Of a DNA stretch of 64,000 nucleotides, positions 37,338-47,153 are shown in pieces. Origin of the DNA: a virus; the IMG/VR virus record IMGVR_UViG_3300003309_000010, positions 20,391 to 84,390 of that record; one strand, 5' to 3'. Position 1 is the first letter of the stretch, and each line of letters begins with the position of its first letter. The position numbers and the translations under genes are program-made. Under the pieces are notes generated by a model that saw nothing but the letters and a program-made list of their open reading frames with translations, was not told where the DNA came from and did no database searches.

Positions 37338-39110
37338 ATGACCGAACAACAAACTGCATCACGTTATTCCGAACCTAGCGCGTTATTTAACGAGTCGGAT
37401 GACAAAAACATTTTGCCTATTATGCACGATGCTCCGCCCTGGGCGCTCTATTCTCAGGATGTGGAAACCCTGCAAGTTATTATCCCACTAGATAGTGTGG
37501 ACAGGGAGCAGGTAATTATCACTTTTGGTCCTTGGGCTAAAATGACAGCACAGCTTAACACTAAACACATGCAGGACGAAGGTATCCTCTGTGAAGTGTT
37601 GTTGCTTAACTGGGTCCAACGTCAGGAAGCGATGCATTTAGCATCGATGGTCAAAAGCTTACGGGCGGATTTTGAAGACCAGTTGAAAGACGAAGGGGTA
37701 GACATCACTAATATCGGGGTGATAACTGAACTGGGACTGGCATTGCTTGACTTAAATGATTCAAGGCATCCTCCGGAAGAACGCGAGGACATACATGGTT
37801 ATCTACATCGTGCAGCGGTTTTGAAGGAATCTGATGGTAGTATTGATTCTCAGAATCAACAGCCCAAAAGAGTCTGGGTAAAGCATCCCGACTCAATGGT
37901 CGCAGATGACGATGATGAATTGGATGCTAAAGATGCTTCGATAGACATTGAAAACATCAGCGCTGTACAAGCCAGAGTGAGCGAATTGTCATCGCTACAT
38001 AAAACCGTTGTCCCTGACAAATACCTCACCATGATGGGTGACCTCAACTACCCCAACGATGCGGAGGTGCTAACGGCTGTCGGTAATCTGTTAGACGGGT
38101 TGTCAAAGGATTCTGAAAAGTTCGCTGAACACCGCGAGAACTATATGGTGGCGGCATTGACATGTATTACGGTCAATCGGTTGACTTTTAATACCGTCGT
38201 TTCGGAGTTGGATGAAACTCTGTACAACGGGTTGGAACTCACCGGCGACGATCCGGTAACTTCAGAATCGGTAGCGTTGTGGATCCATTCATACTTCACC
38301 CATCAAGGTGTTGACACGACGCATGTCGAACAAACGCCGTTGTGGCGAATTGCTATGGGTATCTTCATGCGCGTTTTGGAAGACTACCCCAAACCCACCG
38401 ACGATGTTGCCGATTGTTGGGTGAACGGTTTCGTTGCGTTAACCAACAACTTGGCGTGGTTTGAGAAGTATGGTGCTGAAAGTTACTATACTGAAGAAAC
38501 ACCAAAAGAGTTCGGTGAGGAGTTCTACTCAGCTCTGGAAGCGCAAGTCGTAGAATGTCTCTCCGCAGACAATACGCCGTCTTTCGAAACATGCGCGGTC
38601 TCGGCATTAGAAGAACTCAATGGTGAACATGGTACGCAAAGTCTGGAGTCTCTACCTATTAACTATAGCATCTTAGGCATGGTGGTTCGTAATGTAGCAG
38701 AAGCCTTGGATACCAGCGGTGTCGGATACAGAAAAGCGTTGCTTTCATTAGTCGACTTCTATCTCGATGGTCTTGTACCTCGCACCGAGTGTACGATTTT
38801 AATAGCAGGAGATACCACATCGTGGACACCTAGAGTTATCGATGCATTACGCGAATCAACAGACGACGGTGATGAAAAAATAACCGAAGAAGTCGCTAAC
38901 AAATTGTGTTTGTTAGCGGACGAAAACCGTCACGTTACTAAGCGTGATTGGGTTCATTCTTTCATTCACAACAAACTGCGTCAACATTATAACGATTGGC
39001 ACCCCAGAGCCTCTACGCATCAGCTAACGATTGGTTTCAGTAATTTCCTACAGCACAACGAAGTGTTGAAAGGATTCTGTGCCAATTATGGTCTTGAGGA
39101 ACTATGTTAA
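37338..39110 (+). CDS. Large acidic helical protein containing a family-like domain (A7)
   Basis: PNDAEVL...VNRLTF; GGAG RBS places the start at 37338. Confidence 0.65.
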   Translation: MTEQQTASRYSEPSALFNESDDKNILPIMHDAPPWALYSQDVETLQVIIPLDSVDREQVIITFGPWAKMTAQLNTKHMQDEGILCEVLLLNWVQRQEAMHLASMVKSLRADFEDQLKDEGVDITNIGVITELGLALLDLNDSRHPPEEREDIHGYLHRAAVLKESDGSIDSQNQQPKRVWVKHPDSMVADDDDELDAKDASIDIENISAVQARVSELSSLHKTVVPDKYLTMMGDLNYPNDAEVLTAVGNLLDGLSKDSEKFAEHRENYMVAALTCITVNRLTFNTVVSELDETLYNGLELTGDDPVTSESVALWIHSYFTHQGVDTTHVEQTPLWRIAMGIFMRVLEDYPKPTDDVADCWVNGFVALTNNLAWFEKYGAESYYTEETPKEFGEEFYSALEAQVVECLSADNTPSFETCAVSALEELNGEHGTQSLESLPINYSILGMVVRNVAEALDTSGVGYRKALLSLVDFYLDGLVPRTECTILIAGDTTSWTPRVIDALRESTDDGDEKITEEVANKLCLLADENRHVTKRDWVHSFIHNKLRQHYNDWHPRASTHQLTIGFSNFLQHNEVLKGFCANYGLEELC

Positions 39111-39116
39111 TCTGAC

Positions 39117-39145
39117 GGGTTAGTGACGTTTTATGTCACTAACCC
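39117..39145. other. Hairpin with TTTTAT loop
   Basis: GGGTTAGTGAC-gttttat-GTCACTAACCC. Confidence 0.7.
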
Positions 39146-39166
39146 ACCAACCTTTTGGAGAAACAC

Positions 39167-39490
39167 ATGGATACACCGGAGATACGCGGTTGTAAGTATG
39201 GTCTAAACCGAACGCTGACGTACAGGTCCCACAATCGATTGGCAACGATAACGTTTGTTAATGGTGAATACTTTACCTTCGACTTGGGCATTTCGGATGA
39301 GGTGGAAACCTTGTTTGCTAAAGCTGAAGATAAAGATGACGAGTCGGTAACCTCAATCTCACTGACTCGTGGACAACTGGACGCTATTGAAGACACTTAC
39401 AAGCATTTCTCTGCTATACCCGAAGCTGACCGTGCAGGTCCCATCGACTTGCAAGGTTTACGCCCGGTCCTACGAGGACTGGCGCTCTAA
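39167..39490 (+). CDS. Hypothetical protein
   Basis: GGAG RBS before ATG 39167. Confidence 0.6.
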   Translation: MDTPEIRGCKYGLNRTLTYRSHNRLATITFVNGEYFTFDLGISDEVETLFAKAEDKDDESVTSISLTRGQLDAIEDTYKHFSAIPEADRAGPIDLQGLRPVLRGLAL

Positions 39491-39803
39491 TTAGTGTATC
39501 CCTAGGATCTTGGCAGAAGTCTAGGGATATGTATCATGATTTGTGGACGCCTTAGGGTGTCCCCGTTTTAACCCAAAAAAGGAGGACACTGTTTGATGGA
39601 ATCCAGCAGTAATGTTATCAAGGGAAGGTAATGTAACCCAACGGTAACATGGATTTACTACCGTTAACACATCGTTAACAAACACTTTTTATCACTCAAT
39701 CTTTGATGTTCCCCCCACGTCACAGACTGAATCGAGATATACCGTACAAGTGTGAGGACTGTATGATATTGACCTAACATAATGGATATAGAGGAATCAA
39801 TTC

Positions 39804-40622
39804 ATGTCACGTATTAACAGCTTAATTAGATCGCTTTCTACTTTCGGAGAAACGCCTTATGGGACATACTGTCCCGAGACGCAAGAAATCCGATTAGTGA
39901 TGCCACGACGTAAACCCCACGACTCGTTCACGTTCATCATCCCTCGGGGTGATATGTTTTACTACGAGAAAAAGATACTGTTGCCTGAAGGAGACTATCA
40001 GTATCTTCAACTCTCGGGTGAAGAAATCAGTGGTGTTTATGCGGCGGTGCTTGCAGTAACGAAGTTTGTTTCACAATCTGAATATCTGAGTATACTGGGT
40101 GCGCTCTACCCAACAGGCCCGTTGGGTGCGCTTATCCCGGTATCCAGTTTGTCCCATGACCTCAGGATGATGCTGTGGAATACATGGAAAAAGACAACTG
40201 AAGATGTTGCCGCGCTAACCAACTATTGTCTGCCACTTAATCGCCCAAACGTATGGTTGAACACACACAACAAGCGTGTGATGATAGAGCTGCGTTGCGA
40301 GTTTCTACCTGTCGTGCTACAGTTTGTGAATCAGGCTAACGGGTTCACAGTGACAGACGTGGAACTTTCCGATTTGGAAAAATCTGATAATTGGACGAAA
40401 GTTATGCTCGATCCGAACACTATCTTGGCCATTCGCGATTTACACATGCGGGTGGACAGATGGTACCGGACGACGTCCGATAAGGCTAAGCTTCACTATA
40501 ACGTAACCTTGCCCAATGAAGTATTGAAAATTATCAATGATTTTCAGGGCGACGGAAGTAAAATCATTACTGACTATAACTGCGAGTCTCCGGACTCGCA
40601 GTTACCGGCCGCAAATTCTTAA
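39804..40622 (+). CDS. GPLG paralog family member C1
   Basis: IRLV...FYYEK...GPLGAL...VWLN. Confidence 0.75.
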   Translation: MSRINSLIRSLSTFGETPYGTYCPETQEIRLVMPRRKPHDSFTFIIPRGDMFYYEKKILLPEGDYQYLQLSGEEISGVYAAVLAVTKFVSQSEYLSILGALYPTGPLGALIPVSSLSHDLRMMLWNTWKKTTEDVAALTNYCLPLNRPNVWLNTHNKRVMIELRCEFLPVVLQFVNQANGFTVTDVELSDLEKSDNWTKVMLDPNTILAIRDLHMRVDRWYRTTSDKAKLHYNVTLPNEVLKIINDFQGDGSKIITDYNCESPDSQLPAANS

Positions 40623-40633
40623 GGAGGCAATGT

Positions 40634-41401
40634 ATGATGGCGAATCGTATATTATCTTCAGCGGCGACAGTGTGTGATAATACTGCGTTATACTGGACAT
40701 CCAGTTTCCAATCGGAACAGATTAGACTGGTAATAAGCACCGTGCCGGAAACCATCACAGTCGTGATGACTCGGGGGTACCCTTTGTATTGTGAAAAAGG
40801 GATATCTGTACCGGTAGGGTTGAATGATAAAGAGGTGTTGGAAGGACAATTGCTCAAAGATGCCGAGAGATTAGGTCAAACCCTATCTCTGTTCTACACG
40901 GAAAATCATGAAAACATGATGGAAGAGAATGAAGGAGTGGATACGTATGGGCCTCTAGGGCCCATATTTAATACCGCTGCTTTATCTCCCGCGTTAGTAG
41001 AGAAACTCGACATGCTTTGGGCTGGCAACGCCAGTAACTACTTAACGTCCTGTTGTGTCAGGGCGGGTAAGTACAGACCGAGAATCTGGAAGGATAAAGT
41101 TAACGGACGTATTGCGATTTCGATGAATTATCATCTGCATCCTCGCACGTTAATGATCGGTCGTTCTGGTAAGTTCGCCTTGTCGTTTGAACGATGGAAT
41201 CCGATATTCGCACGCGAGCCTAGCAATTGGGTATCGTGTGTGGTAACGGACACCGCAATGATAGACCTGTATGGTTTGGATAAACGTATCGCAGAGTGGG
41301 CAATCACCAACCCCAACGCGTCGGAACCGGGAATAAAGCATAGTATTATTACACTCCCGATGTCCATCCATGATTTAATAGAGGATACCATTGCCGAATA
41401 A
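40634..41401 (+). CDS. GPLG paralog family member C2
   Basis: IRLV...LYCEK...GPLGPI...IWKD. Confidence 0.75.
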   Translation: MMANRILSSAATVCDNTALYWTSSFQSEQIRLVISTVPETITVVMTRGYPLYCEKGISVPVGLNDKEVLEGQLLKDAERLGQTLSLFYTENHENMMEENEGVDTYGPLGPIFNTAALSPALVEKLDMLWAGNASNYLTSCCVRAGKYRPRIWKDKVNGRIAISMNYHLHPRTLMIGRSGKFALSFERWNPIFAREPSNWVSCVVTDTAMIDLYGLDKRIAEWAITNPNASEPGIKHSIITLPMSIHDLIEDTIAE

Positions 41402-41433
41402 ACACTCCTTACGCCTGCCTTTTGGGCGACTTA

Positions 41434-41458
41434 GAGGGACGAAAGTCCCTCCTTTTTT
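41434..41458 (+). terminator. Rho-independent terminator
   Basis: GAGGGAC-gaaa-GTCCCTC then CTTTTTT. Confidence 0.8.
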
Positions 41459-41527
41459 ATTTATAACATCCCATAGCGGTTGAAGATACAACAGATTCAA
41501 CTGTTATAATACAAGAGGTAACATACC

Positions 41528-42271
41528 ATGATTAATGCGATATATAGTCCTGCGAGATACCCTGATGAAGGCGATTACAACTGGACCAGAATTGTCTTAG
41601 ACTCTCCACTAGGAGTCCAGACGTTAATCACTGCGGTTAATGAACCCGTTTGGTTTGAGCGTGGCGAAGTCGTTCCGACTACTCGCGGTAAAAGAAACAG
41701 TAGACCACTGACTGAACTTGAAATGGTGGAGGCCAAGAAAGCCATTGATTATATCATTCGTGATAAAGGATCACCTAATATAGATCCCTCCATTGGACAT
41801 CATGGGTATGGTCCGTTAGGTGCGATTATGGACCACAAAGCTTTACCTCCACATCTACAACTGGCGGTAAAGGAGTACCACCAGCACATGTATGATTCCA
41901 AAGCGATGTACCAGCAGGTGATTAACAAACCGGATGCGTTTAAAGTCTGGTATCGCCCTACTTCGAAGTGGTTTTATATGAGCTTTGAGTGTAACCTCAA
42001 ACCCGTCTCCATCTTCATCACACCGTACAACAAATTCATTGTCCGCCCTGACGCGTGGGATCCTTCCATCGCGCACGATCCGGAGGAATATCTACGTGTC
42101 GATATGGGTGACGAATATAACGGTGATCTCTATGAATTTAATAAACGGTTATCCGGTTGGTTTTGGACTAACCAATTGATTGATTTCATGGGAGAAGGGG
42201 CTACACATTCAACCGCTACGATTCCGAAATCTGTACGGGAAAGACTAGGGGAAATTCAAGACGGATACTAA
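41528..42271 (+). CDS. GPLG paralog family member C3
   Basis: TRIV...VWFER...GPLGAI...VWYR. Confidence 0.75.
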   Translation: MINAIYSPARYPDEGDYNWTRIVLDSPLGVQTLITAVNEPVWFERGEVVPTTRGKRNSRPLTELEMVEAKKAIDYIIRDKGSPNIDPSIGHHGYGPLGAIMDHKALPPHLQLAVKEYHQHMYDSKAMYQQVINKPDAFKVWYRPTSKWFYMSFECNLKPVSIFITPYNKFIVRPDAWDPSIAHDPEEYLRVDMGDEYNGDLYEFNKRLSGWFWTNQLIDFMGEGATHSTATIPKSVRERLGEIQDGY

Positions 42272-42288
42272 ATCAGTAAGTTGTGCGC

Positions 42289-42316
42289 TTATTCGGGGAG
42301 AGACCTCCCCGAATAA
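42289..42316. terminator. Hairpin
   Basis: TTATTCGGGGAG-agac-CTCCCCGAATAA; no + strand U-tract. Confidence 0.55.
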
Positions 42317-42344
42317 TAAAAAAGAACGAATAATAAATGAGTCA

Positions 42345-42746
42345 GTGATGTTTAAACAATTACGAGAACTATTAACCGGAAACAAACAATACACATTAGC
42401 CATGGACGGGTACCATGGTGATTTATGGATCAACAGCAAAACATTATTTTTTTCGTTAGTGGGTCCCCACAACGTGCCCGTATTGGGTATCGATACTAAT
42501 CTTGTGCTATTTGGTATCGATGGGTATAAAATGTCCGCCGCTCACGCAAAATTGTACACCCGAGTGCATTTGGTAGGTGGGTTATCGTTGTCTATCTCTC
42601 ACAAAGATATCGACTATTTATTCCTTAACGAACAGGCCAATCCCAACATGTTGGTTTGTGGCGGTAACGAATTAACCGATAGTGATTTCGAACGTCAGTT
42701 GAGTAAGATTTCTACATTGATGTCCAAAGAAAAATGGACCAAATAA
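42345..42746 (+). CDS. Hypothetical protein
   Basis: 133-aa ORF. Confidence 0.65.
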   Translation: MMFKQLRELLTGNKQYTLAMDGYHGDLWINSKTLFFSLVGPHNVPVLGIDTNLVLFGIDGYKMSAAHAKLYTRVHLVGGLSLSISHKDIDYLFLNEQANPNMLVCGGNELTDSDFERQLSKISTLMSKEKWTK

Positions 42747-42816
42747 CATTGTGTATACTTTTTGTACAGATTTCTTGGTAATATAAAATCTATGGATGAA
42801 GAACTAAGGAATCTAT

Positions 42817-43233
42817 ATGAGTAGCAAATACGTCATAGTTCAGATAAGTGATGCAGAGTGCGTCATCACGTTGAAGCGTAAAGGCCCTAAGGCTGTAATC
42901 TCTTATCGTGACATGATGGCGATTTTTACTCATAATGAGACACCTGTCTATCGAGGGCGAAACGGTATACAGGTGTCAGAAGATGTTATTGACCACTTCC
43001 TAAATGAGGGACAGCATCCATATATTGAATTCGAAAATAATAAAAAGCTGAGGGTTGTTATGTCCGGCTACGAGCCTGTTGAGATTGATTTTAACAGGCT
43101 TAAGAGTGGCTCACACATAACAGCTGAGACGATTGCGTTAACCGACATGCCGACGACGACAAAACTCATACTGCTAGGTTGGACAGTTCTAATTGTCGGT
43201 GTACCTGTTTTTAGGCTGATATTTTCCTACTAG
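42817..43233 (+). CDS. Hypothetical protein with C-terminal TM anchor
   Basis: AAGGA RBS; hydrophobic C-terminus. Confidence 0.7.
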   Translation: MSSKYVIVQISDAECVITLKRKGPKAVISYRDMMAIFTHNETPVYRGRNGIQVSEDVIDHFLNEGQHPYIEFENNKKLRVVMSGYEPVEIDFNRLKSGSHITAETIALTDMPTTTKLILLGWTVLIVGVPVFRLIFSY

Positions 43234-43258
43234 TGGGGACTTCGGTCCCCACCACTTT
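43233..43258 (+). terminator. Terminator with cUUCGg loop
   Basis: GTGGGGAC-ttcg-GTCCCCAC. Confidence 0.75.
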
Positions 43259-43312
43259 ATCCCAAATACAACCTGCTTACACTTTGTGTCTAAACATCAA
43301 AGAGAGATTCAT

Positions 43313-43639
43313 ATGAACGACATACCTGATTGGCAACTCGTCATGTTACTTATTATTGGCTTGGGTTCTATCTTGAGCGAACTGCATACGAGATTAGTAT
43401 CAAACGGTATAGCTTTAAAAGATCTAACCAATCCCAACCCTTCACCTGTACCTAAAGTTGGCGGAGGATATGTAAAGAACCCGGTGCAGAGCGTTATTAC
43501 CCTTCAGGCCACCACGTTCCCGCGAAATGTAGACGCTGAACGGATAGTCGCTAAGCGTCTGGTAAAACTCCGTGACGACAAGCTCAAAGAGTCGTTAGGG
43601 CTTTTACCAACCGATACGAATAGGGATGAAACGACGTAA
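43313..43639 (+). CDS. Small protein with N-terminal TM
   Basis: Start uncertain (43286 or 43313). Confidence 0.55.
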   Translation: MNDIPDWQLVMLLIIGLGSILSELHTRLVSNGIALKDLTNPNPSPVPKVGGGYVKNPVQSVITLQATTFPRNVDAERIVAKRLVKLRDDKLKESLGLLPTDTNRDETT

Positions 43640-43714
43640 TGGTATTTACGGATATATTATTAGGGTGGTATCTCTTACATTTTCCATCAATACCTAAAAT
43701 CAAAAGGTAGCGAT

Positions 43715-43873
43715 GTGGATATATTAAGAGTTGCACCTGAACTACAAGATAGCAGTCGACGTTTCCTTGAGTGGTTAGATTCGCTCAAGACGGACACGGT
43801 TGATATCGAATCGCCTCCAATCTCTGAGACGACGTCGTCTCAGAATATTACAATAACCGATAAGGAAGAATGA
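43715..43873 (+). CDS. 52-aa acidic microprotein (or 3' part of a frameshifted gene from 43639)
   Basis: AAAGGT upstream of GTG; ATGA overlap with the next gene. Confidence 0.45.
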   Translation: MDILRVAPELQDSSRRFLEWLDSLKTDTVDIESPPISETTSSQNITITDKEE

Positions 43874-44307
43874 TGAGTAAAGAAACAACAACAAAAACGC
43901 CAGAATCAATCGATAATGTGTTGACCCGTGTGCCGGAAGACATCTCACCTGACAGCGATTCAGTCCAGCTGAACGTTGACGTGTCAGAGGTTGAAAAATA
44001 CGATGCAATGGCGGAAACGGTCAGAGCTGGTGTAGGCCACTTAAGAGCGATGACCAATAGCTTGGTTGCCGGTAACGCGATGTTGGCTGGGGACGTTCTT
44101 AAAGACAACGATCATGTCAAAACTGTTGAAAGTGACCACACATTCGGCGGTGTCGCCATCAACGTTACTACCCACCGCGAATTCCAAGAACCCGGTGGTC
44201 AAGTGCTACACAATTTCACTCAGGCTCAGATTGAGACCGGAGCCGGGTCGGATGTGATGGATGTGTTATCCGAACTGGATATGGATAATCCTAAAAAGAC
44301 TGGGTGA
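43870..44307 (+). CDS. Conserved phiKZ-like acidic protein of unknown function
   Basis: NSLVAG...LKDNDHVKTV...INVTTHR resembles a recalled Chimalliviridae family. Confidence 0.6.
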   Translation: MMSKETTTKTPESIDNVLTRVPEDISPDSDSVQLNVDVSEVEKYDAMAETVRAGVGHLRAMTNSLVAGNAMLAGDVLKDNDHVKTVESDHTFGGVAINVTTHREFQEPGGQVLHNFTQAQIETGAGSDVMDVLSELDMDNPKKTG

Positions 44308-44377
44308 TAAACTACACATGGTAGAGTGAGTCGCATCGATGCGACTCACTCTACACCCGAAACTAAAAGGAGGACTT

Positions 44378-44767
44378 ATGGCTTTTCCCGAAACAACTTG
44401 GCCACCCATCACTATCATGTCGTTGGGCTCACTTTCAGATACCCATGTTTTCATCAATCTGTTAACCTATAAGGATGAACTTTTCATATTGGAAGTGACC
44501 GACGATAGCGTGAACGTGTTAAATCGCAATGCTATCAGTTTTAGACCAAATGTCTTGTATGTTCCAGGCTACGTAATGGTATCTCAACCCTTTATGGAAG
44601 AATTACTGGCACCGGAATGCACCCCTTTGTGGGTGGGCGATACAGGACTCCCCTTTAAGATCGAAAATCTCACAGATAGGTGGCGTCAATTTGTGGAAGT
44701 CGCTGTAGCTTCCACAAAACCACCTAAAGAAACCGGTGGTAAAAAGCTACCGCTCGACACGCTTTAA
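44378..44767 (+). CDS. Hypothetical protein
   Basis: AAGGAGG RBS sets the start at 44378. Confidence 0.7.
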   Translation: MAFPETTWPPITIMSLGSLSDTHVFINLLTYKDELFILEVTDDSVNVLNRNAISFRPNVLYVPGYVMVSQPFMEELLAPECTPLWVGDTGLPFKIENLTDRWRQFVEVAVASTKPPKETGGKKLPLDTL

Positions 44768-44816
44768 GATTTAATCGTATACCTTAAAATTAACCTTTAC
44801 ACTCTGGAGAGAGACA

Positions 44817-47150
44817 ATGAATTACCCCAACTATTATCATATTCCCCCTATCTACACGGTACTGCTGGCGTTACAGAACATGAGTTCGTCCGAAGACCGT
44901 GTAAGCTTTTTAGTCAAAGCTTATCTCGGGACGCAAGACCCAGAAGTTGCCATCCCGACGGAACTTCGATGTCTGTGGCACCGATTCATGTCTAGCGAGA
45001 GCGGTGGTCCGTCGACAGTTTTAGAATTAATGACCGCTGTTGCCGCATCGGAAGACTACATGTATCCCGAGTTATCCGTTACACCTGATTATACCAATTA
45101 TCTTCAATCGTCGCGACGTACTAAGAACCCGGATGGAACCTATGCATTGTGTACTCGTTCAGCGGTCCGAGAAGAGGCGTCACGAAGTAAACCTTTTGGT
45201 TTTGGATCAGACAGACGCTCTTTTGGTTTCTGGTCAGATACTATCAACACTGCTTTTTATCCCGACACTATTGGAGACTCGTACGCTAATACGTTACGCG
45301 AAATAGAACACTCGCGTCAGGGTGAGTCGCCATTGGAATACGAAGTAGCTCTCGAGAACGAAGAGCAAGCATCAGCATACGCTAACCCTCAATTCTGGGA
45401 GTCGTGGACGAAACTATTAATGGATAATTTCGGCAGCGATAAAGAAATCGTACCGTCAGATTTTCCCGAAAGCGTCGTCGAAGCATTAAATACCTTCTCT
45501 ACGATTTTGCATGGTAAAGGGTATCGCGAAGTATACGTCACTGATATTAACGTAGAAGACGCTACGGTTAATGTACAGCTACTGGGCGGATCTGGCAGAA
45601 TAACGTGTCGGTTCCGTCAGGACGCGACAGTGGATGAAAAGTCATCTCCATGGAATACATTCGGTATCACGATCGATCTTCGATGTTTACATAACAAGGC
45701 TGAATATGAACTCACCACCCTGCATGGTCTCGATAAGAAGGAGTTACGGGAACTGGTTCTATTAAGCGATCGATCTGAGCTTAAATGTCTCTACGCATAC
45801 GATCACTCTAACAATGATGGGGAATATCTCACCATGATATTGGGTGACAAGGTTGTCCATGAACCCCCTCTCGGATTCGATATAGGGTCGGTGTCGTGGA
45901 CAAGTCCGGACGGTGTGAGTAATACGCTATCCAGACCCGGGATTCCTTATGCTCTAGATTCTAAACGGAGTAGTCGGGACAGTTTAGGTATGCAACCTCT
46001 GCTCTCGATGGGATATAATCCCAAATTGTGGAATACTCATTATCCCGGAAGAATGCAGGAAATATCAGATTTACCGGACAGTCTGGAATCGTCAGTTACC
46101 CAGCTAAACTACGTTGCGTTGACGTACGAACGCGGCGTTATGTTCTGTGCAGAAGATAACGATTGGGGTGTCATCTCGACACCTAACGACAACGATTTCC
46201 CTGTGGTGAGCTGCGTACTTCCCGTTGGCGTTCGTTGTATAGGGACGGTTATGGCCACACGTGCATTCTGGGAAGGACGTGTGGCGTATGAGATGGAGGA
46301 GCTTGTAACAGCACCTTCGTACACGTACGCGTTAGCTAAGCTGGAGGAGATGCATGGTGGTGCCATCGACCCACGGATAGAAGAGGGGGTTCGTGCGATG
46401 TCTACGACGCTCAGCATGATGGATGATGGACCCGCCATCTGTCTAGGAGTGCATACGCTAACTAACGGTACATTGGTTGAAATGGTTCCGGGTGATTTTG
46501 TGTATGTTTCACGATTCTTACAGAGCGTTAGTCACCAACAACGGCTAGTGGAATTGGACAAGGAAGTGTTGACCAGAGAGATTAACACCATCTTACAACA
46601 CAATATGGATGTCGAGGACACTGTGGAATTAAAGCGGTTATTCGCGTCAAACCTGATCGATTACTTACGCGATCATGACATCGAGAAGGTGGAGTGTACG
46701 TTCGTTCAAACTGATACCAGTTTGGAGAAAGTTCGTTTGGTATTTAAGGATAAACGTATCCCATTAAACGATGAAAATTTATCCACTGTTGTGTCTGGCG
46801 ATGACAATCGTATCGAGGTGTTCGTGCCGTTCCGTCAGGATGAACCGCCTTTAGACATTGAGTTTTTCGACAAAGACCATTGGACTCAGGTTGCCACCGA
46901 TATCGTTGGTATGTCATCAGTAGATTACAAAACTGTCGCGGGGATAACCGGAGACATTGATGTTGTCGTACCTAATGACAATGTATCTAAAACATTGGGC
47001 TTAATCGGCTCAGCATTAACTGTGTCCACATTACGTGTTGTCGCAGACGGGCTGGGGATGGTTAAACTCAAGTGTGTTGTCGCAAAAGGAACCAACTACA
47101 AACTGAGAAGTTCTGTCTACGGATTAAGACTGATCTTCGAACGAGCATAA
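44817..47150 (+). CDS. Large hypothetical protein with apparent internal repeats (777 aa)
   Basis: Recurring helix (DFPESV, DLPDSL) and FRQD motifs. Confidence 0.75.
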   Translation: MNYPNYYHIPPIYTVLLALQNMSSSEDRVSFLVKAYLGTQDPEVAIPTELRCLWHRFMSSESGGPSTVLELMTAVAASEDYMYPELSVTPDYTNYLQSSRRTKNPDGTYALCTRSAVREEASRSKPFGFGSDRRSFGFWSDTINTAFYPDTIGDSYANTLREIEHSRQGESPLEYEVALENEEQASAYANPQFWESWTKLLMDNFGSDKEIVPSDFPESVVEALNTFSTILHGKGYREVYVTDINVEDATVNVQLLGGSGRITCRFRQDATVDEKSSPWNTFGITIDLRCLHNKAEYELTTLHGLDKKELRELVLLSDRSELKCLYAYDHSNNDGEYLTMILGDKVVHEPPLGFDIGSVSWTSPDGVSNTLSRPGIPYALDSKRSSRDSLGMQPLLSMGYNPKLWNTHYPGRMQEISDLPDSLESSVTQLNYVALTYERGVMFCAEDNDWGVISTPNDNDFPVVSCVLPVGVRCIGTVMATRAFWEGRVAYEMEELVTAPSYTYALAKLEEMHGGAIDPRIEEGVRAMSTTLSMMDDGPAICLGVHTLTNGTLVEMVPGDFVYVSRFLQSVSHQQRLVELDKEVLTREINTILQHNMDVEDTVELKRLFASNLIDYLRDHDIEKVECTFVQTDTSLEKVRLVFKDKRIPLNDENLSTVVSGDDNRIEVFVPFRQDEPPLDIEFFDKDHWTQVATDIVGMSSVDYKTVAGITGDIDVVVPNDNVSKTLGLIGSALTVSTLRVVADGLGMVKLKCVVAKGTNYKLRSSVYGLRLIFERA

Positions 47151-47153
47151 ACC

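Noticed and set aside
39491-39803. tRNA gene in the long intergenic region
   Set aside because: No cloverleaf, T-loop GTTCGA or acceptor stem could be formed.
43650-43726. Two further GGATATATTA motifs
   Set aside because: Both fall in probable coding sequence (TDIL/VDIL codons), so they are not counted as promoters.
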